A stretch of 36,471 nt of DNA from Nemertoderma westbladi (lineage: Eukaryota > Animalia > Xenacoelomorpha), in assembly GCA_032718475.1 (NCBI GenBank), contig JAUCBJ010002943.1, positions 1-36,471 on the forward strand. The letters run 5' to 3'. The notes under the pieces are model-generated. The model saw nothing but the letters and a program-made list of their open reading frames with translations. It searched no databases and was not told where the DNA came from. A program made the translations under genes and the position numbers. Every line of letters begins with the position of its first letter. Within the stretch, counting starts at the first letter, position 1. Below are positions 32,423 to 36,471 of this stretch, piece after piece.

Positions 32423-33050
32423 TTAACCCTATTAAACCCGGGGAGGGGTCAATGTGACCCCCACCACCGTGGTTTTTTGTTATAATTCTGAAACAAAGGC
32501 AGTTGGAAATCTGAAATTTTATGACTTTTCCTAAACATCTATTATCTTCCTAGTAGTGAAAACCGTTTTCAAAAATGTTGGGTAGTTTTCGAGTTATAGC
32601 ACCATTTTTGAACCCTACTTATGGCACATTTTTTGAGACGTTATTTGAAAATTACATTACATGAAATATGATTTGTAACATCTCTGTTTTATATTTACAC
32701 CGTTTTTATGGTATTAGCAATTAGATGGAATTCATATAAATTAATTTTGAAATTTCAAACTTGTTTTTTTCGGAGGGTGCCAAATTTTGGTGCCAGCACA
32801 AATTTTAAAATGTCAATTTTGTAAATTGGTTGTTTGAACTTTTTCTTACGCAAAATGGGTCTTTTGGGGTTCTGGTTTCGATGGAATATATACGAGTTGC
32901 ACCAAGCGTATCAAACTTGTATTTTTCGGTGCTGTGTGCAAATTTTGGTGCTAGCATCACGAAATTTTGAAAATCCATTCAATAGTTAAAATTGCTTGTA
33001 ATTAACGAACTAGACATCTCAAACTTGTACGGCCATTAATAAACGAATTG
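32423..33050 (+). mobile_element. Non-autonomous DNA transposon end with a TTAA|CCCT terminus (piggyBac-like)
   Basis: TTAACCCTATTAAACCCGGGGAGGGGTCAATGTGACCCCC, a terminus plus a GGGGTCA...TGACCCC hairpin. The right boundary is uncertain. Confidence 0.5.
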
Positions 33051-33059
33051 TAATTATTT

Positions 33060-33612
33060 GTTCTTCTGAAGCCCTCTCAAAATGTCCCATTCCTGACATG
33101 GAATTGCCGCACAGTTGATTCTTCCATTTGAAGCCCCTTGAATTTTAAATTATTTAGTTCTGCAATGTCTTTAACAACAAGCGATAATGTTCTCGGTTTC
33201 ATTGATGTAATCTGTGACACAACACGATCAAATCAGCGAACCACCTTCCAATGGGCAACTTGCAAACCTTGCATTAGTACTATTAGTTTAATAATTGGTC
33301 TGAAGACGTCAATAAAGATGACAAGGTCTGTCACAAAATCAATACTCATCATACGATATTGCAGTGGGAATAAAGGCAGTGCAATAAATTGCAGTGATCA
33401 TGGATTGATCTAAAAACTTCATGGTACAATGGAATGGCCTTTGTAAATTTTTTCCCATTGGTCCGAGGCTGAATGCTGAACTGCATAAGGAACGACAACA
33501 ATGAGAGGAATCTTCTTATCTTTTGATACGGCTTCTAGGAGGGCATGCCCCTTACCACTGTTCATTAAATGGTTGAATTCATTGGCCTGTGGTATAAACT
33601 TTTTAAACATCT
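33060..33612 (-). pseudogene. Probable hAT-family transposase internal fragment
   Basis: ...QWEKIYKGH..., then LQYRMMSIDFVTDLVIFIDVFRPIIKLIVLMQGLQVAHWKV, which resembles the hAT F...L..L.D.L..I..L...Q helix region; contains stops. Confidence 0.45.
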
Positions 33613-33624
33613 GAAATGCAACTT

Positions 33625-34160
33625 CGGAACCACCAATTTGGAAGTCACCGAGAATTAATCGGAAACTTAAGGTCTGATTATTTAGAGCAGCAGTAGTTCC
33701 ACTACTCCTCTATGGGAGTCCATGCTGGGCTCTAACTGCTGAGGACACCAAATCTCTGGATGGCACATTCACAAGAATGCTACGCCGGGTTCATTGTGTC
33801 AAGTACAATGCACACATCTCCAACCAGACACTATATAACATTGGAGGTGTCTCATTGGTTCCCCCAAGCTTGACACTAGGACAAAATCACCGCCGCTTTG
33901 CAGGACATTGCTATCGCTGTAAGGACCAGCCAGTGCATAATGTTGTACTTTGGCAGCCTCATGGAGTGAATAAGCATGATGGACAGCCCATGACTTTCTT
34001 GAGACGCATCTTAAAGGACACTGGCCTTGAAGATGCGGATGATCTAGCAAATGTCATGGGTGATAGGGAATTGTGGCGGCGCAATTTTGTCGCCAAGCCA
34101 GCACAGCATTCTTAAAAATGCAGCTGCAATGCAGCATGTCAGCAATGCAGCTGCTAGTAG
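33625..34160 (+). mobile_element. 5'-truncated RTE-clade LINE (second family), 3' end
   Basis: IWKSPRINRKLKV*LFRAAVV..LLYGS.CWALT...LDGTFTRMLRR...RRFAGHCYR...VLWQP...DRELWR; ends CTAGTAG. Confidence 0.88.
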
Positions 34161-34499
34161 TCGGAACCATCGATTATATGTTTTAGTTTATTATCATAAA
34201 TAACATCAGTTACCACTAAATTTTATAAATGTGCAGCATCAAATCAAATCAAATATAATTTCTAATCAAATCAATCAAACCTGATCTAATAACCAAACCT
34301 GACCTGATCTGATCTGATAATCTAATCAAATAATTTACTTTCTGGTATCTCAGACTGCACTTACAAAATAACAAATATTTAAAGTGATTGGGTGAAGTGA
34401 ATATTATCAAAGTGCGCTACTGCAGCCAAATAATAGCAATGCTAGTGTAGTCCAACTATACCAGCTAGAGAACCATGGATTGGGGAGCGGGAAAACTAT

Positions 34500-34553
34500 A
34501 AATAGTGCACTAAATATAAGTTCTAAATAGTGCACTAAATATAAGTTCTAAAT
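34500..34553 (+). repeat. Perfect tandem duplication of a 25-bp unit
   Basis: AAATAGTGCACTAAATATAAGTTCT occurs twice. Confidence 0.85.
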
Positions 34554-34559
34554 CATCAT

Positions 34560-35100
34560 CTGCCCCAAAATCTATAAATGTAAAATCGAGTGATGGTACT
34601 GTGAAAAACTTATCAAACCCAGATGACATTGCAAATGAGTTAGTTGAATACATTTTTTACATCCGTTGGACATTAATTATAAAAACCCACAATCATTTGC
34701 TAATACAGAAACTTACCCTGTAGAAGTCCAGTATTTCCTACTCCAATTAAACAACCATTCTGCCACAAATGATCCATTTCCAGTAACTCTTGTTAAAATA
34801 GGTGCCAGTTATTTATCACACCATCTGTCCAACATATTTCATAATTCTTTACCTGTTGGTTATTTTCCAGATATCATTAAACAAGCCAGAGTTACTCCCG
34901 TCTTTAAATTGGAATATCCCAAGGATATAAGCAATTACCATCCCATTCTGTACTCCCTGTATTGAGTAAATTTTTTGAAAACATAATAGAAATTCAATTA
35001 ACATCACATTTACATATAAATTTTCCGTTCTAACAGATAACCAATACGGATTTAGGAAAGGTCTCAAAACAACAGATGCTCTATTAAATGAGATTGCAAA
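34560..35100 (+). pseudogene. CR1/L2-type LINE reverse-transcriptase N-terminal fragment
   Basis: DIANE..., LSNIFHNSL..GYFPDIIKQARVTPVFK...DISNYHPI and NQYGFRKGLKTTDAL, corresponding to RT domains 0-2; frameshifted. Confidence 0.88.
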
Positions 35101-35943
35101 TTTACGCAATTCGCTGGCAGAATTATAAACGCCCTCAATAAATACCCCTGCTATGCCATCCGGTGCCCATTAGGTTGTGGGGAGTTTCTAGACCAAGGAA
35201 ACCTCTTACAGCTATACCACTTCCTCCACTTCTGGGTCCCCAACTTCTCCACCTTCAGACCGAAACCCCAACTCATCCAAGGAACCAGAGAGGACTGGTT
35301 TATTCGTTCTACAATACTCTCATGGGAAGTGGCTCCGAGTCTCGTCTTAGACCCCAAGCTGGGAATCTGTGTTGTTCTGTGTGATGAACATAAGAACGCA
35401 CAGAAACTCTACATACACGTTCCTCGCCATCCTCGACCTGATCCCCTCCAATACCCAGACAGACTGGCGCCAGCTACCGTTGTACCTAATACAGTGAGAG
35501 ACGGGAAGGTTGGTAAGTACACCAGCAGCTTTACCGTGCTCAAGAACATGGGTGGCTACCATGGGTTTTCTGTGGCTTCATTGTCGGCATACTTTGATTT
35601 TCACGTCACAGACAATAGACTGGCACCGTGTGAACGTCTTACATTGGAGAGGAGACCAGACATAATGCAGTGCACACTCAATAGACGAAACCTTGGTGAG
35701 GAATTTGTGTTTGGAACTTTTGGGACTTGCTCCATCGCCCCAGCCTTCCTGGAGGAACTCGTTGAAGAATGTTTATCTGGGGGAACATATATGGACAATG
35801 AGGATGCCGTTATTCAGTGGGAGGAATACACATCTAAAGATGCTGGAGATAGATTCTCCCAAACCAACAATTTCCATCTCCTACTCATCCATGCATATAG
35901 TAGGAGCATTGGAAGTCGACCCTTACTTCCCACTGTGAACTAA
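35092..35943 (+). other. 5'-truncated open frame of 283 codons with a Cys/His domain, tentatively a Helitron Rep-helicase N-terminal region; decayed coding likely continues to the window end
   Basis: Frame +1 has no stop from 35092 to the TAA at 35941: IRCPLGCGEF...QGTREDW...VVLCDEH...YIHVPRHP...DRLAPA...KYTSSF...GGYHG. The Helitron link is from my recollection of the motif only. Confidence 0.4.
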
Positions 35944-36471
35944 ATTCCCCCTCCAAAGTCATTTAGTTTCTATCCTGTCATCTTCACCTCCACTCCATAA
36001 GCATCTTCTGTCAGTAGAAAACCCTTCCGACTTTATTAAAGACTTAGTAAAAGTTGTATATTCAACGTTAAATAAAGCGAGGTATTCATTCCAAACCCAA
36101 ACTGAGGAGACATTACATAATGTTGTTTTAATTAGTTACCCAAATGGGCACCAACAACTCTCCCTTGTAACAAAAAGTGCTACAGTTCTAGCCACTGTCC
36201 AAGGATCTCCATTCGGCATGAGGTAAACCGCTCCAATGGGGATGCTATTGGGTTATATATCCGAGATGGCACTCGCCGTTTTCTGGGGGGTGTTCTAGAA
36301 TGCCCATCTTTACCTCCAAGTAGCAGTGCCCCGGTTGTGTAATTCTTAGTAATGGACTCCACTACCTCCAATCTATAGGAACAGAATGTAATACAATTTT
36401 CAGGTGGAATGATAATTATTCCTTCCAGGACACCAAAGCTAATGAAATTTGTTCCAATACGTTATCCAGCT

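Overview
AT-rich, repeat-dense eukaryotic DNA, most likely from an invertebrate animal; nothing prokaryotic is evident. Only one convincing intact host gene is present: a single-exon, divergent rhodopsin-family 7TM receptor of the FMRFamide/Srw-like type (17257-18501, minus strand). The rest is mostly decayed transposable elements: Kolobok-like, piggyBac, P/THAP9, pogo, hAT, Bel/Pao, Gypsy protease plus dUTPase-like, RTE and CR1/L2 LINE fragments, an SGNH-esterase fragment, MITE ends, putative SINEs and an open Helitron-like frame. Three near-identical local duplications occur: 883-2638 = 24764-26248; 8783-10763 = 13508-15774; and tandem 26852-28861 / 28863-30900. The most unusual structure is a 2.5-kb two-module satellite (10761-13281) lying between the second pair; its 50-bp module carries a palindrome resembling two loxP arms with the spacer collapsed. 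All family calls rest on motif recognition by eye, not database searches, and I cannot show that any structure here is a new functional system.
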